From Macrostomum hystrix (lineage: Eukaryota > Animalia > Platyhelminthes): a stretch of DNA of 64,000 bases. Of this stretch, positions 1 to 13,144 are shown piece by piece; positions within the stretch are counted from its first letter, which is position 1, and each line of letters starts with the position of its first letter. The position numbers were made by a program, and so were the translations under genes. Where the stretch lies: positions 15,252,001 through 15,316,000 of the forward strand of contig CATNEN010000003.1 in the NCBI GenBank assembly GCA_950097015.1, written 5' to 3'. The notes below the pieces were generated by a model. The model had not been told where the DNA came from. It did not search any database and was given only the letters and a program-made list of their open reading frames with translations.

Positions 1-1589
1 AGATTTTCAAGCAATGAATCAACAACTTCGCGAACAGAACGACCGATGAAAAACTCCTCGTGGCGGTTCTTGCCGTCAGTTGACATTGTTAGCAGAAGCT
101 TGACCTGGCCCTCGAAAAATGCATGCATTCCGTCAATTATGAAGTTTGCTGGGAAACTGATACGCTTACACAGCGGTGACACTCCAGTTACGCCAAAAAT
201 GCTCTTTAGGCCCGACTGTTCAAGGAAGCGCACACATTCGAGATGAAATGCAGTTGTTCGGAGCGGACACTGGGAATTTGGGGCAAACACCCAGAGCCCA
301 GTTCGCAGACTTTTGCCAGGGTTGAGGCACTTAGGACAGGAGAATTCTCCATTGAACTGCTTTATGCAGAACAGTGAGGCGAGAGCTGGGAGATCACTTA
401 CAATGAAAGAGAAATGCAGGTGCACTGAAAATCTGCCATATTCAACCAGTGTAGGCAGCTTGTTGAGAATTGCAGGCAGACATTGGCGAAAGTTGGGCTT
501 CTGTTTAGCGGAAACCAGTGCAAGCAAAATGATGTTTCGAAACAATTTCCTCTTGCCAGGAGGAAGATTCAGAAGGATTGCTGTCAGAGGCCATATCTGC
601 ACGTCAGAATTTTCCCAAAATGAAGCTCCATCTGCATTAAGCAAAAAATACATGTGTAGGTTAGTACCAGAGCTTCGCTCGAGGTTTTCTGCTACATCGG
701 AGTTAAGGACATCAGTGTACATGCCACTGCTCATCTCGCGCTCGTACTCCAAAAGCACCTCCAACTGTGAGTCCAAGATGTTCTCGATCTGGCCTTGCAC
801 ATTCGTAATCACGACGGTAGTGGCCAAGTCTTCATGTTCACGGCAGCCAGCCTTTTCACAAACCAGACACAGACGAGCAGAGGTAAATGAATGACAGAAG
901 AAATTTTTCACTCGCGTTTTCATTTGCTTTGCAGACTTTGGCAAATTTCTATCCGGAATGTGGCTTAGGAGGAGGAGTAGTCGATTCATAGCAGCATCGC
1001 TACAGTTCTCGTTAAGCTGCCACAGCCGCAAAAGAGAAGCAACGGTGCACTCGTCTTCAAGTGAATGCTGCAGAATGAGATGCCTCTCTTGAAAAACAGA
1101 GAGTGGCAGGAGTGGCTCTGCTGCTCCTTGGGCTGACACCGTTGAATGCAATCGTTGAGATGTCATTGGCACTGAGGCACCAGCAGACGCATGGTCAGAT
1201 GACGACGACGATGACGACAGGGCCGATCCTGTCGCCGATGACACAGAGGCACTGGCCGATCCTGTCGCCGATGACACAGAGGCCCTGGCCGATCCTGTCG
1301 CCGATGACACAGAGGCACTGGCCGATCCTGTCGCCGATGACACAGAGGCACTGGCCGATCCTGTCGCCGATGACACAGAGGCACTAGCCGATCCTGTCGC
1401 CGATGACACAGAGGCACTAGCCGATCCTGTCGCCGATGACACAGAGGCACTAGCCGATCCTGTCGCCGATGACACAGAGGCACTAGCCGATCCTGTTGCC
1501 GATGACACAGAGGCACTGGCCGATCCTGTCGCCGATGACACAGAGGCACTGGCCGATCCTGTCGCCGATGTCTTCTGGATGTGCTGCAT
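1..1589 (-). CDS. CACTA/EnSpm (CMC superfamily) DDE transposase, 3' end beyond the left window edge
   Basis: Manual minus-strand translation from ATG at 1589 (context GCCACCATG; splice acceptor ctctgcag ~8 nt upstream) is open to position 3 (~529 codons). Motifs typical of CACTA-like transposases: LLNADGASFW, IWPL, LNLPPGKRK, VSDLPALASLFCIKQFNGEFSCPKCLNPG, IIDGMHAFFEG. Missing from the ORF track because it has no stop inside the window. Confidence 0.9.
   Translation of the reverse strand, partial: MQHIQKTSATGSASASVSSATGSASASVSSATGSASASVSSATGSASASVSSATGSASASVSSATGSASASVSSATGSASASVSSATGSASASVSSATGSARASVSSATGSASASVSSATGSALSSSSSSSDHASAGASVPMTSQRLHSTVSAQGAAEPLLPLSVFQERHLILQHSLEDECTVASLLRLWQLNENCSDAAMNRLLLLLSHIPDRNLPKSAKQMKTRVKNFFCHSFTSARLCLVCEKAGCREHEDLATTVVITNVQGQIENILDSQLEVLLEYEREMSSGMYTDVLNSDVAENLERSSGTNLHMYFLLNADGASFWENSDVQIWPLTAILLNLPPGKRKLFRNIILLALVSAKQKPNFRQCLPAILNKLPTLVEYGRFSVHLHFSFIVSDLPALASLFCIKQFNGEFSCPKCLNPGKSLRTGLWVFAPNSQCPLRTTAFHLECVRFLEQSGLKSIFGVTGVSPLCKRISFPANFIIDGMHAFFEGQVKLLLTMSTDGKNRHEEFFIGRSVREVVDSLLEN
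1222..1570 (-). repeat. 33-bp coding tandem repeat (~10.5 copies) encoding SATGSASASVS at the transposase N-terminus
   Basis: Unit gccgatcctgtcgccgatgacacagaggcact(g/a); in frame with the transposase on the minus strand. Confidence 0.9.
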
Positions 1590-2288
1590 GGTGGCTGCTG
1601 CAGAGTAAGAAAAGTAGCATTTGTACATACATTTACTATTCATTTAACACCCATCACTACTTTCAGTCAACACTTGCTCTCAATATACAATGCAGGCGAT
1701 TTAGAATACATGTCATTGCCATCTTTTATACAGTGCTATCGCAGTAGCTATATACAATGGCCGACACTTATGTGAACTGAAGACTGAAGAAAAATTCTTT
1801 TCCTTACTATAAACTCTATATACTTAAGTAAAGGATTTAAATCAGACATTTATGTGCAAAGGCCCAAAATAGTTTGCATCAGTTATCTTATCCATGCTGA
1901 CTCTGCAGTTATGATCATGTGCATCCCTTGATATTTCTCATATCTAACCAGAGAAGTATAGATGAGCAGCCCTATTAGTAACTGCCATTGTTATGTTGAC
2001 ACTAGAAAAAAACAATTCATTTATTATACCTTAGACAAAACTTAACGCCACTAAATATTATCTTAAGCAACACACAGAAGTACATTAAACAAGCAGAAAG
2101 TAATAACTCGAAGACAAAATTCCAAAAGTCAATGATTGCCATTTTTTTATTTCCACAAAAAATATCAACCCACACAATGCTTAGGCTCAACATTAACATA
2201 TAATTAATACACTGCCTTCCATAAAAATAAAAAAATTAAACAATGCACTTCCCACCGTTGTAAATCAACCCAATATAATCCAGGGACC

Positions 2289-5200
2289 TTAGGTTTTAGG
2301 GCTCTTTGCAGCATGATTCTGCTCCGCATAAGTCTGATTCAGACTCTTCCGTGCCATGGTCCACATCGCTTCTCCGGAATCGGCGCTGCTAGGTTGAAAA
2401 GCCAGTTGTAGAACCTCTACAATTTGGGAAGCAAAATTATACTAAATTTATCTGTTATACTCTTTAGAGAAGAGAAAATAGGAGAGATGCATGGGGTGCA
2501 TGACACATGGCAAAGAAAAACAGCATTGATAAATGTTGCATCCCTGACCATCAAGGTGAGCAAGTGACCAAGCATCCCTACTCCAGTCAACCAAGCTGTA
2601 AGTTGATATCCACTTTAAGGAAGATAAAGTAAACTTCATGGCCCACTGACTACAGAGCAGTGGAGTGCATAGTTACTCTACCAAGTGATTGCATTGACAG
2701 CACAATTTTGCTATTCACCTGAAAATATATTTCTTGGCATACTTGAATTGGAAATAATTGGATTGTATTCCTTACTGCTAGTCTTAGTGGTTTACAATGT
2801 CATGTATGTCTTTAAATTTATGTTCCATATTAAGTTGCTAATAAAACTGTAGTTTAATATTCAGAAATTTTATTCTGTTCCTCAAACCAACATTACCAAA
2901 AAGTACAGAATTAGCATATGGATATTACTGGTCATGCCACACTTCCACCCTTATTCCAAGGCTTATTACTTTACATACCTGATACAATACATTTATGCTG
3001 TCTAACAAGAAATTACTACACAGTCAAGCAAAATGTAATATCTTTCACAATAGATAACAGGCATTAGTGCTATATTTCATAAAACAATCAGCAATTAAGC
3101 AACCAAAGGTTAACTCACTCTTTAGTTCATCCACTACCTCTTGTGAGGCAGCTATCCGGGTGGTCTTCTTTCCTGGTTCAACAACATGTGTCATCAAATA
3201 GGCCAGACCATACCGCTTGAGAGCAAACTGGCGGATGAATGTAGATGGATTGGTTCTCTTCAGAGACCCCAGGCCAAACTTGACACCATCAACATCAGTG
3301 AACTCCTGGAATGTGTGCAGAAAAATATAATGCTCCGCATGCTTCTATGCCACTTAAAATGAAGACTACCAAATATAATAATCCATTAATTTGCACATAA
3401 TAACACACCTATATCCAAAAGAGAATTTCTAACTGGTAGCTATAAGCTAAGGACTATGTTGCAAAAGTTTGAAATAACAATGAAATAACATATACAACCC
3501 ACCTGACCTGCTGGAAAAAATTCTGTAAAGCAAAAAATGCTTCTGCTGCAAGTACTCTGCATGAAGTATGGGGTGCACCCAAGGGCTATGCATATATAGC
3601 TATACAGTCAGTAACCTGACTGTGGAGGAGGCAGTTGCAAGTCAAGCCACATGTAAATTGTAATTTATCCTAGCTTAAAACTGGTACCATATCATTGTTT
3701 GCTTGACTGGGGCTAGAGAACAGCTGGTTTAAGCTATCAAAGGTTGCCTTGAGAGTCAGAAGCAAATTTAGCCTACAGTAAGTATAACAGCCAATATTGC
3801 TTAAATTTGTAGTGATGGTGGATGCAGCTAACCTACTGGACTAGCTGTAGCTACCTTGTCCCATATGGAAAAATGTAGAAGCGTTATTTAAATAAGAAAA
3901 TGAATATATTTGTTGTGAATTTTATGCACATAGATATTTAAGAACTAAATAGCATCATACCTCATTGCTAGGTTCAGCACGCCGGAAAGTCGATTCCTTT
4001 GCATTCCTCTTGAGCTTCCTGAACTCACTATGCATATAGGCTTCTATCTTCACTGAAAATGAAAAAAAGTGGAAAAAACCTTGCATAACCACATCATGGC
4101 TATAAAGTTACATAGATAAAGGACATATGTACTCCACAATCTACATTAAGTAAAGCTCGAAATATTGCAAGTCAAACAAGTGAGCCATGTGTGCTAATCT
4201 GAGGACAGAAGCCTAGAAAATGTGCCTCTCCCATGCTATAGTTATTGTGAAAACTGCACACAGTCAAAGCAATCTGCCAACCTGTCCAAGTCAAGTTTTT
4301 ACACAGAGTAAAATTATTTTGAAATTATTAAGCCACTAAAATTATTTACCCAGTTTGGCATAGATTTGGACATTAGAAATCTCTTCCCCATCGAGTGCAT
4401 CAGTACCAATAGCAGCAGCTTCAGCAGCAGAATGACCAGGTGTGGCAGTCATGAACCTATTCATCACTGCAAACTCTTGCTCAATCCGAATTCCAGCACG
4501 GTCACCAGCTACATGGTTCTCAATACCAGTGAGGGCACCAGAACTTCTAGGACAAGCAGTAGCATCACCATGACAATTGGTGGCCTCATGGCGTGGGCGC
4601 TTTTGCAATGAAGCTCTGGCATCATTGGCATCAGCATGCTCAGAGTCATCAGAGGAATCACTGGAAGATATTGGTGAATGCTGGCCTAAAATAGTAAGTA
4701 TATGAATTGCCTGTCAACTATTGTAATAAGATGATACACAGTGTTCCAAAATGTATTTATATAGCAGCACTGACATACCCCTGACAAACTCTTGCAGAAT
4801 GGCATCTGTTAAATTGCCTGCAGTTTTATGCTCAGAAATAAATGCTGCCATCTTCTTCTCCAGCATGTTGACAGATGCTTGTGTGCCAGCATGAAGCAGG
4901 CAACCTTGCCAGATTCCTTCTTGACCAAAATCTAGTGGGTAGAAGCCACCCTAAACAGGAATGTAAAGAAAAAAATTAAATAAGAGATGAATGCAATCTA
5001 CAAGTCAAAGAAAAGAATTCATAGCTTTTCTGAACAAGTCAAACAAATATGATTAGGGGTTTAATAGACAATAAACATTCTAAAAGAAGAACATAGAAAA
5101 AGGAAAGATACATATGTTTATCTTAGTGTTTTGCTGCTACAAATCCTTTGGACCATAACCATAACGATAATAGTATCCATAATCAACTTTGCTATAATGA

Positions 5201-6741
5201 GTTTCCATAACTGTAATTGACATAAAATACAATTTTCTGCAACTTCGCATAGCCAAAACCATAACCATATTTTGCTTCCTTTAGCTATATATTATTTCAA
5301 CAAGGAAAAGATAAACTAAGAGATGAAAAGATAAACTAAGAGATGAAAATCCTACACTTCTTAGATTCTATAAGACAATGGATATACTCTTCTAAATTAG
5401 TCATATTACACTTAAGAGTACAATTACAACATAGAAGAATATAACCATTTTAATCTATTTAAACTTATATTTAACTAACTTAAAGACCTTAACTAACTAT
5501 ATTTAACTATGATTTGAAAATCATGTCATAACCATAACCACAATCAATTTATTTTTCAATAATGATGTTCCTATAACCATCATTACTCTTTTTACTTTTT
5601 AGGATGTTCTTATTATAATCTATAACAGTAGCCATAACTATACTATAGCAAAATACTAGTTTATCTATAAAAGACACTATCTATCAAAACCTATATGCAC
5701 TGCAATAGGGTTAGTTGGTATCACTTTAAAAGGCAGTCTTTTTCATTTGAATATATAAATACTCTTAGTTCTAACTCTTTTTGGTTTATCATATTTATGC
5801 TTACTCAAGTATTTATTATCACTTTCTTATTTCTAAAGTAAAAGCTCACTTACAAGACCTTACCATAATTAATATAAAATAATTTTAATGTTCTTTTTTT
5901 ATATAAAGTCTAAATGCAAAGGTTATTTTTGGTTTGTAAAAATAGTTACAAGTTGCATATATTCTATAGGGACCCTAGATATTGACCCTATATTTCTATA
6001 GGATATAATGGTAAAGACAATTTCTCTAGGGAATTAGCATTTAGGGTATCATATCTTGTATACCTAAATCTTAACCTATAATAAAGCTATGCTCTTGCCT
6101 TCCTAACTCTAATAACAATTATTATTATTATCTATGACAAAAGTACAAGTATAATTAATATATCCCCAATTTGAATACCTAAACTTTACATTTGCCCTAA
6201 ACTACCTAATAACCTAACTATCTTCCATATTATATACCTAAACCAAAATCCTTGTCTTATATATGTAATAGCCTAACTTGCCGAACTTAACAGTAATCCT
6301 AAATTAAATAATTTAAATTTTATAATATTTTTTTTAGTCATAACATAAGCAATAATTACTAAAAATCCAAGTCAACAAAAACAATATCATATAGGGAAAT
6401 ACAACATATGACATACATATAAAGATTCATGGCCCCCACTAATACATGATCTTTGAAAGATGCCCCAATTTAAAAATTATAGGCCTTACATAGGCCTAGT
6501 AAAGTATGGCCAAGGTGCACAATTGACTTACCACTTTCCAGTTCCTATTGTCTGGAAAAGAAGAATTAAACTCTTTCATTATTGGGCTTGACCTACTGGC
6601 AGTCACATATTGCCCACTTTCCTTAACATAAAAAAAAAACTTAATTGAAAGAGATTTTGGGTCCTGTTGTGCCAACCGATCCACAGCTTTCGACCTTCTT
6701 TTGGAGCGACGCGAAATAGAACCAGTTGCATTATTCGACAT
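2289..6741 (-). CDS. BEN-domain accessory protein (~374 aa, 6 exons) inside CACTA element A
   Basis: Exons 6741-6532, 4950-4779, 4685-4350, 4052-3961, 3305-3119, 2416-2289; all GT-AG with consistent phases, total 1125 nt. A short helical segment (KIEAYMHSEFRKLKR) precedes a BEN-like C-terminus (TNPSTFIRQFALKRYGLAYLMTHVVEPGKKTTRIAASQEVVDELKKVL...AMWTMARKSLNQTY). AATAAA at 2025-2020. BEN assignment is by pattern recognition. Confidence 0.75.
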
Positions 6742-7591
6742 GTCTATATATAAATTACAAGTAAAGAGCAGGCCGTATAATATATAATAGAATAATAGAA
6801 CTAGCAAAATGATATGAACTGATATGAATGATATGAACTGATATGAATGATATGAAATGATATAAACTAGCAAACTATGATATGAATAAATATGTCCAGC
6901 GCAAGAGTAAGAATATTTCAATATGTGCCAAAAATGGTAACTTTAACAAAATATTTGTGTACATAGAAGATATGACTCAAAAATTCCAGAACTAATTTGT
7001 GTCTGTCTCTTGTTTTAGTATACTGTCGGATAGCTTAGCAAAAGTACTATTTGCGCGCCACTCTATAACAGCTAGTTATTGTCATTTCAATACTCGCTAT
7101 TTGCTATCTGCATGGCTATAGTTCACGTGCACCCATGTCACCCCACTGTGCTTACTTTCTCTCACTGATGCAAGGCGCTGTAGCACCCACCCCTAATCTC
7201 CTAACAATGCTGAGTCAGCCATTGAGTCGTACTAGTACAATAAATATGACTGCGCGGACGCTAATGAATGCGTGCTTGTTTTCTACTCCAACTTACTCGT
7301 CTCAGAACTCATAATTTCACATATACCTATAATTTTGTGTATCGATATAGTGACTTTTTTTCTGCTCGTGTGTGATGCGTAATAGAGCGCAATGCATAAA
7401 AGTCATACTTTTCATACATTGTAGAATTCTCATATAAGTCAGATAAGTCAGATAATAATCGAACATATCTTCGGTCAATTTACCAAAAATATATTTCTTT
7501 CTATATAAAATTGTAGTGCGAATTACATATATTGCAGTTTAAAGGCAAACACATATGCATGCCCACGACACCCGTCACACTTAAAATGCAT

Positions 7592-7694
7592 CCCTATAGT
7601 TGACAATCTTACATTCAGCCTTGTAAGATCTGACTTATCCTATAAAATCTTGTCCGAACTGCTAAGATCTATTAGGAATATGTAGGAAAATAAA
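7592..7694 (+). mobile_element. Orphan ~100-bp copy of the left terminus of CACTA element B
   Basis: ccctatagttgacaatcttacattcagccttgtaagatctgacttatcctataaaatcttg... is nearly identical to 8607-8708. Confidence 0.85.
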
Positions 7695-7699
7695 TTCTT

Positions 7700-8405
7700 G
7701 ATTTATAAATAATGCATTGTTTTGAATAGTGAAACTTTGCGCGCTTCCAATGCAAAATAATGCATTCTTAATGCAATTATAATGCATTGTTTTAAACTGC
7801 AATTTTAGGATAAAATAATGCATTCTTAATATATTTGCAATGCATTGTTTTGCAGTACATTTCACAAGGCAAAATAATGCATTCTTGATACATTTATAAT
7901 GCATTGTTCTGCAGTGCATTTCGGAAGGCAAAATAATGCATTCTTGATACATTTATAATGCATTGTTTTAAACTGCAATTTTAGGATAAAATAATGCATT
8001 CTCAATATATTTGCAATGCATTGTTTTGCAGTGCATTTCACAAGGCAAAATAATGCATTCTTGATACATTTATAATGCATTGTTTTGAAGTGCATTTTTA
8101 GGATAAAATAATGCATTCTCAATATATTTGCAATGCATTGTTCTGCAGTGCATTTCAGAAGGCAAAATAATGCATTCTTGATACATTTATAATGCATTGT
8201 TTTGAAGTGCATTTTCAGGATAAAATAATGCATTCTCAATATATTGACAATGCATTACTTAAAAGTGCAGTTTTAAGGCGAAATAATGCATCTTCAATAC
8301 ATTTATAATACATTGGTTTGCATTATTTTGCCAATGCACAAAAATGCATTTGTAATGCATTTCCAATGCAATATAATGCATCTTGCATTGTAAATGCATT
8401 ATTTG
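7700..8405. repeat. Subterminal repeats of element A (~60/120-bp period, AATAATGCATT/ATGCAT core)
   Basis: Recurrent caaaataatgcattcttgatacatttataatgcattgtt and ggataaaataatgcattctcaatatatttgcaatgcattgtt. Confidence 0.85.
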
Positions 8406-10897
8406 AAATTATTGGCGCCTAGGGTTGCAGTGCTCGGACTGCCAGCTCCGGGTCAAAACGCCACATGATCTACAGCTGATACGTCGCCAAGCAACAGTGG
8501 ACCCTTGCTGCTCTAGACTGGCGTCGGCGTTGCCCCCCGCGCCTTTCTCGTCCACCGCATCGTCGTCAAATTGTCACCGTGTCAGAGACGGTGATCGTCC
8601 TCCATACCCTAGTTGACAATCTTACATTCTGCCTTGTAAGATCTGACTTATCCTATAAAATCTTGGCAGAACTGCTAAGATCTGTTAGGAATAGGTAAGA
8701 AAATAAAATATGCGCTAACTGTCACGGCTACCAAAAAAACAAATTTAACTGTGTTGCAGTTATTCTTGTAGTAAAAAAATTCCATTTTTTCTAATTTTCA
8801 TTAAGTCTGCTTCCTTTGGGTTTCTTGACAGATATGATCAGATCCGGCAAGAGACAGTAAGATGTCACAGCTATAGTAAATAAAAAAATAATGTTTTCAC
8901 CAACAACTATTGTCTTGAAAAGTCAGTTCATAAATGATTTACAACATTTTGGAAGTGAGAAACAATAAAATTTTTGGTATAGTCATTCAGTTTACTTTTT
9001 TTGTTTTTTTCACAGATATGGTCAGATCTGACAAGTCAACCTGATAAGTATGCAAAATAATTTGTACATTTAATATTTTCCGAAGTTAACATTGTATATA
9101 GCGAATATTTAAGTGCACACATGCATAACGATACATGCATAACGATTTCGAACGATACCGTTCAACAGGTATTTTAAATATTCTTTCCCTAGAACTGAAC
9201 ATATTGTGCAATTTGTATAAAACTGGCAGATTCCAGTGTTCGTTGGTAAACCACAAACACCATTAAAATTAAAAAATAAGTAATAAGAAACTATTTAAGC
9301 GAAATATATATGCACATTTGTCTAACGTACAAGGGCCGCGATTATAGATAATTAACTGTTTTTGTTTTAACACCTAACATTTGAACATTTTTGCCAGCTT
9401 TTTCTCGCTATTCTTTTTCTTTTATTTATCACATACATCACATAAATTATATATTCTTTACTTTACACTTTCTTTACTTTACTGCTGTCCTGGATTTCTA
9501 ATTTCTAAATCTCGCATATTGTAGGCATTTATTCTGTTGCATATCAAACATACCGCTCCAATGCAGAGCTCAATCACTACCACGCCCAAATCTTCCTCCT
9601 CAAAAAGGCAATTAAGACAGAATCCACTAACTCGAGTCCAGGAGATTAAATTGAACTCAACATACTGCATATTGTGGTATAATAGTACTAAGTACTTTAG
9701 TCAGACTTTAAAACTGAGTGATGGCCGATTCGAGACATATTCAGCAGAAGAGCGCCTACGTTGGAGTGCTGTGAGCCATTGCATGTTAGACTGTAGTATA
9801 GTGCATAGGCTTGTTTGATATCTAGGCGGCTATGGGCCTAGATCTTTAGGCTGTCTAACTCTAATGTTAAGAATTATAAACATGTTATAACTAAGCAATA
9901 TTATTAACTGTATAAGCTGGTAGTATGTTTTATATTAGCTTAAATAAAAACTTGAGATTCCTTGATTTTCTATTGCTTAACAATTTAGTCTTAAGACGAT
10001 ATATATTCCATCCATACTCTGGATTGTCATGGCAGAGTATATGCTGGACATAAGTGAATATTTCTTGCCATATACCAATCTACATAAAAAATGATCAGGG
10101 CTAACATTTTGTATTCAACAATTAGGTTAAGTACAAATTATAAAATGTATTCTGGGAATCATAAAAAACTTACCAATTATTATTAAAACAGAAGAAAAAA
10201 TATAATCAAATACATGCATGTCATAATTTAAGAACAGTTCAATAATTTACCATCATTATTATATATAGGGTAATGTATCATCAACCAAACAAGAATGTTT
10301 ATTTTTTAACTTCAAACCTAAGCTACAGATTTTCTATTTAAGATATGATGATAAATCAAAATCCAAGTTATAGAAAACAGTTACATCTTTCTAAAAAGTT
10401 TCTGCTTTTGCTATTTTGTCAAATAGACAAAAGTTATTCCTGCTTTTTATCTAAAACCAAACAATGATTTTTATGTATCTTCAAACCAAACAGAGAATTT
10501 GATGTTTGGTTTTACAATTTGAGTGAGTGGTTTAATCTTATTTTAAGGAGTGTATCATAGATTATGTCATTTGAAAGCATTTTTCATGCTCTATAAATAA
10601 CTACATTTATGGTCATTTAATTGGCTATTGGCAAGCAACCACATACAATCTTTGTCTAAAGTACCTACTGAAAAATTGTTGTCAAAAAGTATGCTTTTGC
10701 AATAAAAAATTCTACTGAAACATCAATATCTTTTTTTCCTCCTAATGCTTCATTGAACATCATGCCTCAGCTTGTAGATAATTTCTTCAACTTTCTAATT
10801 AGATGTTCTATGAAACACACTAGCTTGTTTCTGTCTTGCACGAGACCAAGGAAAGAGTCAAAATTTTTGTTCAGTTTTGAAGTACACTGGTTGATGA

Positions 10898-12150
10898 CCA
10901 TAGTCAGGAAGGTGGCAGAGTGTGCGCCGGAATAAATTTTGGAGGGACAATCTGTGCGCCGTCTGTGCGCCATCTGTGTGCCGTCTATGCGCTGTTTCTG
11001 TTCCTTAGCCCTGACCCTACACAGGAAAGCACCCTATGTTAACCTAAGGGTTATATTATGTATTAATGTTACGAAATAAAATACATTCATCATACAGTTA
11101 GGTTATCGCATTTGTTGTAGGCCTCTGTCTATATTATTACTAAATTTTATTTCCAATAATGCGAATCCCACTGCTGTTCCCAAAGTTGTTGTAATCTTTA
11201 CTGTTAATGTTTCTTAGAATTAATTTCTGAGAATGTATTCTATATATCCAAAAGAATTTCTTGGTAGCGTATTTAGTTATCTTTGAATATCGTCTTTAGT
11301 TGGTCTAAGGTAGCGTATTTAGTTATTCTGGCCGATTAATTATCGCATGGATGTATTTCTGAGTATAGGCTTTCCAAAGAGCGTTACCAATGATCTCAAG
11401 TGTACAGCAATACTTTCTATATCTTTCTTTCTCTTGAATCTTTCTTGGTATTTGTCTCCGTATGTTTTAAAAGAATGAAAGAACACGATTCTGAGTATGT
11501 TATACGAACTTTGTTGTCAACTGCGTTGAACAAGGTTAGTTTTCCTCTCAATTTTACTCCTGTATTTATACCCAAAAACGTATCATTTAAAACAAATAAT
11601 TATACCCTATTAAAACAACGTATTTCCGCATTTAAAACAAATAATTGTATTTTACGTGTATTAAAACAAAATATAAAAGATTTTCGCATTTAAAACAAAT
11701 AATTGCATTTTACGTGTATTAAAACAAAATTGGCGGTTTTTCGGTTTTGAAATCGGTCTACATCACATTCACAGATCGCAGATTTATATGTAATATTGAA
11801 AAAAACTGAATCGAAACGAAAGCAGTAATTGTAAGTTGTAACACAGTTCGGACAGTTGATGGGAAACAGGAAATACGAAAAATATTTACGAGTTACGACA
11901 ATGATACAAGATGTTCAATCATACAATTTAAAAAATTATGAACAATTTCAATATTTGAAAAATGCCGTTAGAATAACAAATATGCAATTTACGACAAATT
12001 ACGACTTCTTGGAATTTATAGTGTGTACTGCAGCTTATGAGCCAATGCGCCGAGACCCTTTGTGTGTGCCGCACTTGTGCGCCGATGTGCTCCGAGACCC
12101 TTTGTGTGCGCCGGAATTTTCCGCCTCAGAGGCCACCTTCCTGACTATGG
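10898..12150. mobile_element. Non-autonomous TIR element with 8-bp TSD (hAT- or P-like) nested in element B
   Basis: 19-bp perfect TIR CCATAGTCAGGAAGGTGGC; TSD gttgatga at 10890-10897 and 12151-12158; subterminal tgtgcgccg repeats. Confidence 0.85.
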
Positions 12151-13144
12151 GTTGATGATACATTACCCTAATAAAATGATTATTGTTTTTTTTTCGAAAT
12201 TTTCTCTAGTAATTCTAGTAATTAGGTTAAATATCTCAACAACTACGGCTATTTTTCAGAAACTAGTGCTAATAAATAGCAACTGATATTTAGTTTAGTG
12301 TTAGACCTATTATTATTCAATATTTTATTAATACCGTTAGTTATTTATCAATTCAGTATTACCCTTAGTTAGGCCTAATTATTTAAGCAAAAAAAGTTAA
12401 CTAACTTTCAACATTATGCATGTAGACATGGATCAGTGCAACCTTGGTAATCACTGCTGTTTCCATTGGCTATATATACATGTAAGCCATTATTAGTTCA
12501 GAGTGGTCATAGGACTACCATTTTATTAGAGGTTGGACGATATCTAAATCTCAATCATAGTGATCTTGGCACTTTTTTCAATCTCAATCTTGGTTTTGAG
12601 ATCTCAAAAAAGGTTAAGATTCAAGATTTTATTTTATAATTTTATTTAGTCTACAGTTGTACTTCTTCACAACTTTAGAAAAAATTAGCAAAAAAGTTCT
12701 CTTTTATATGCAAGTGATGGGTTCCAGGAAGAAACTTTGTAGAATCATAATATATACTGGACTAGAGTAAATAAGCACTAGATACTGTTTGATGATTATG
12801 ATTGTTAATTTCAGTCAACAGTCTTTTTTACTATTTTACACTCATAGGCCTAATGCACTAATCTTGAATCTTGATCAACTCTCTAAAAGTGATATTGCCT
12901 GACCCCTACATTTTATCTAATAAAAACTCTAGTAAGTGTGTTGCCTATAAAAATGGTCAAGAAAACCCAAAGTTGCAGATATAATTTTAGAGAAGCAACC
13001 TATATTGAACTATATAGCTTATATAAGGTAATCATATTTATATATTTGATATTAAATGGGGTTAAAAATATGTACATTGTCATTTAACCCTTCTTATTTT
13101 TGTGCCTGTCACTTGGCTTAATTCACTTACACTAGAGATAAGGT

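Larger units (their letters stand above)
1..8424 (-). mobile_element. CACTA/EnSpm-like element A (putatively autonomous; other end outside the window)
   Basis: Terminus reads CCCTAGGCGCC on the minus strand from 8424, preceded by ~700 bp of subterminal AATAATGCATT repeats; contains tandem BEN and transposase genes. Confidence 0.7.

Noticed and set aside
313-894. 193-aa plus-strand ORF, plus the 1103-1747 repeat ORFs
   Set aside because: Antisense or off-frame shadows of the minus-strand transposase.
11400-11693. Similar small ORFs at 11400-11693 and 63557-63745 suggesting a gene family
   Set aside because: The similarity comes from a dispersed AT-rich repeat with frame-breaking indels between the copies.
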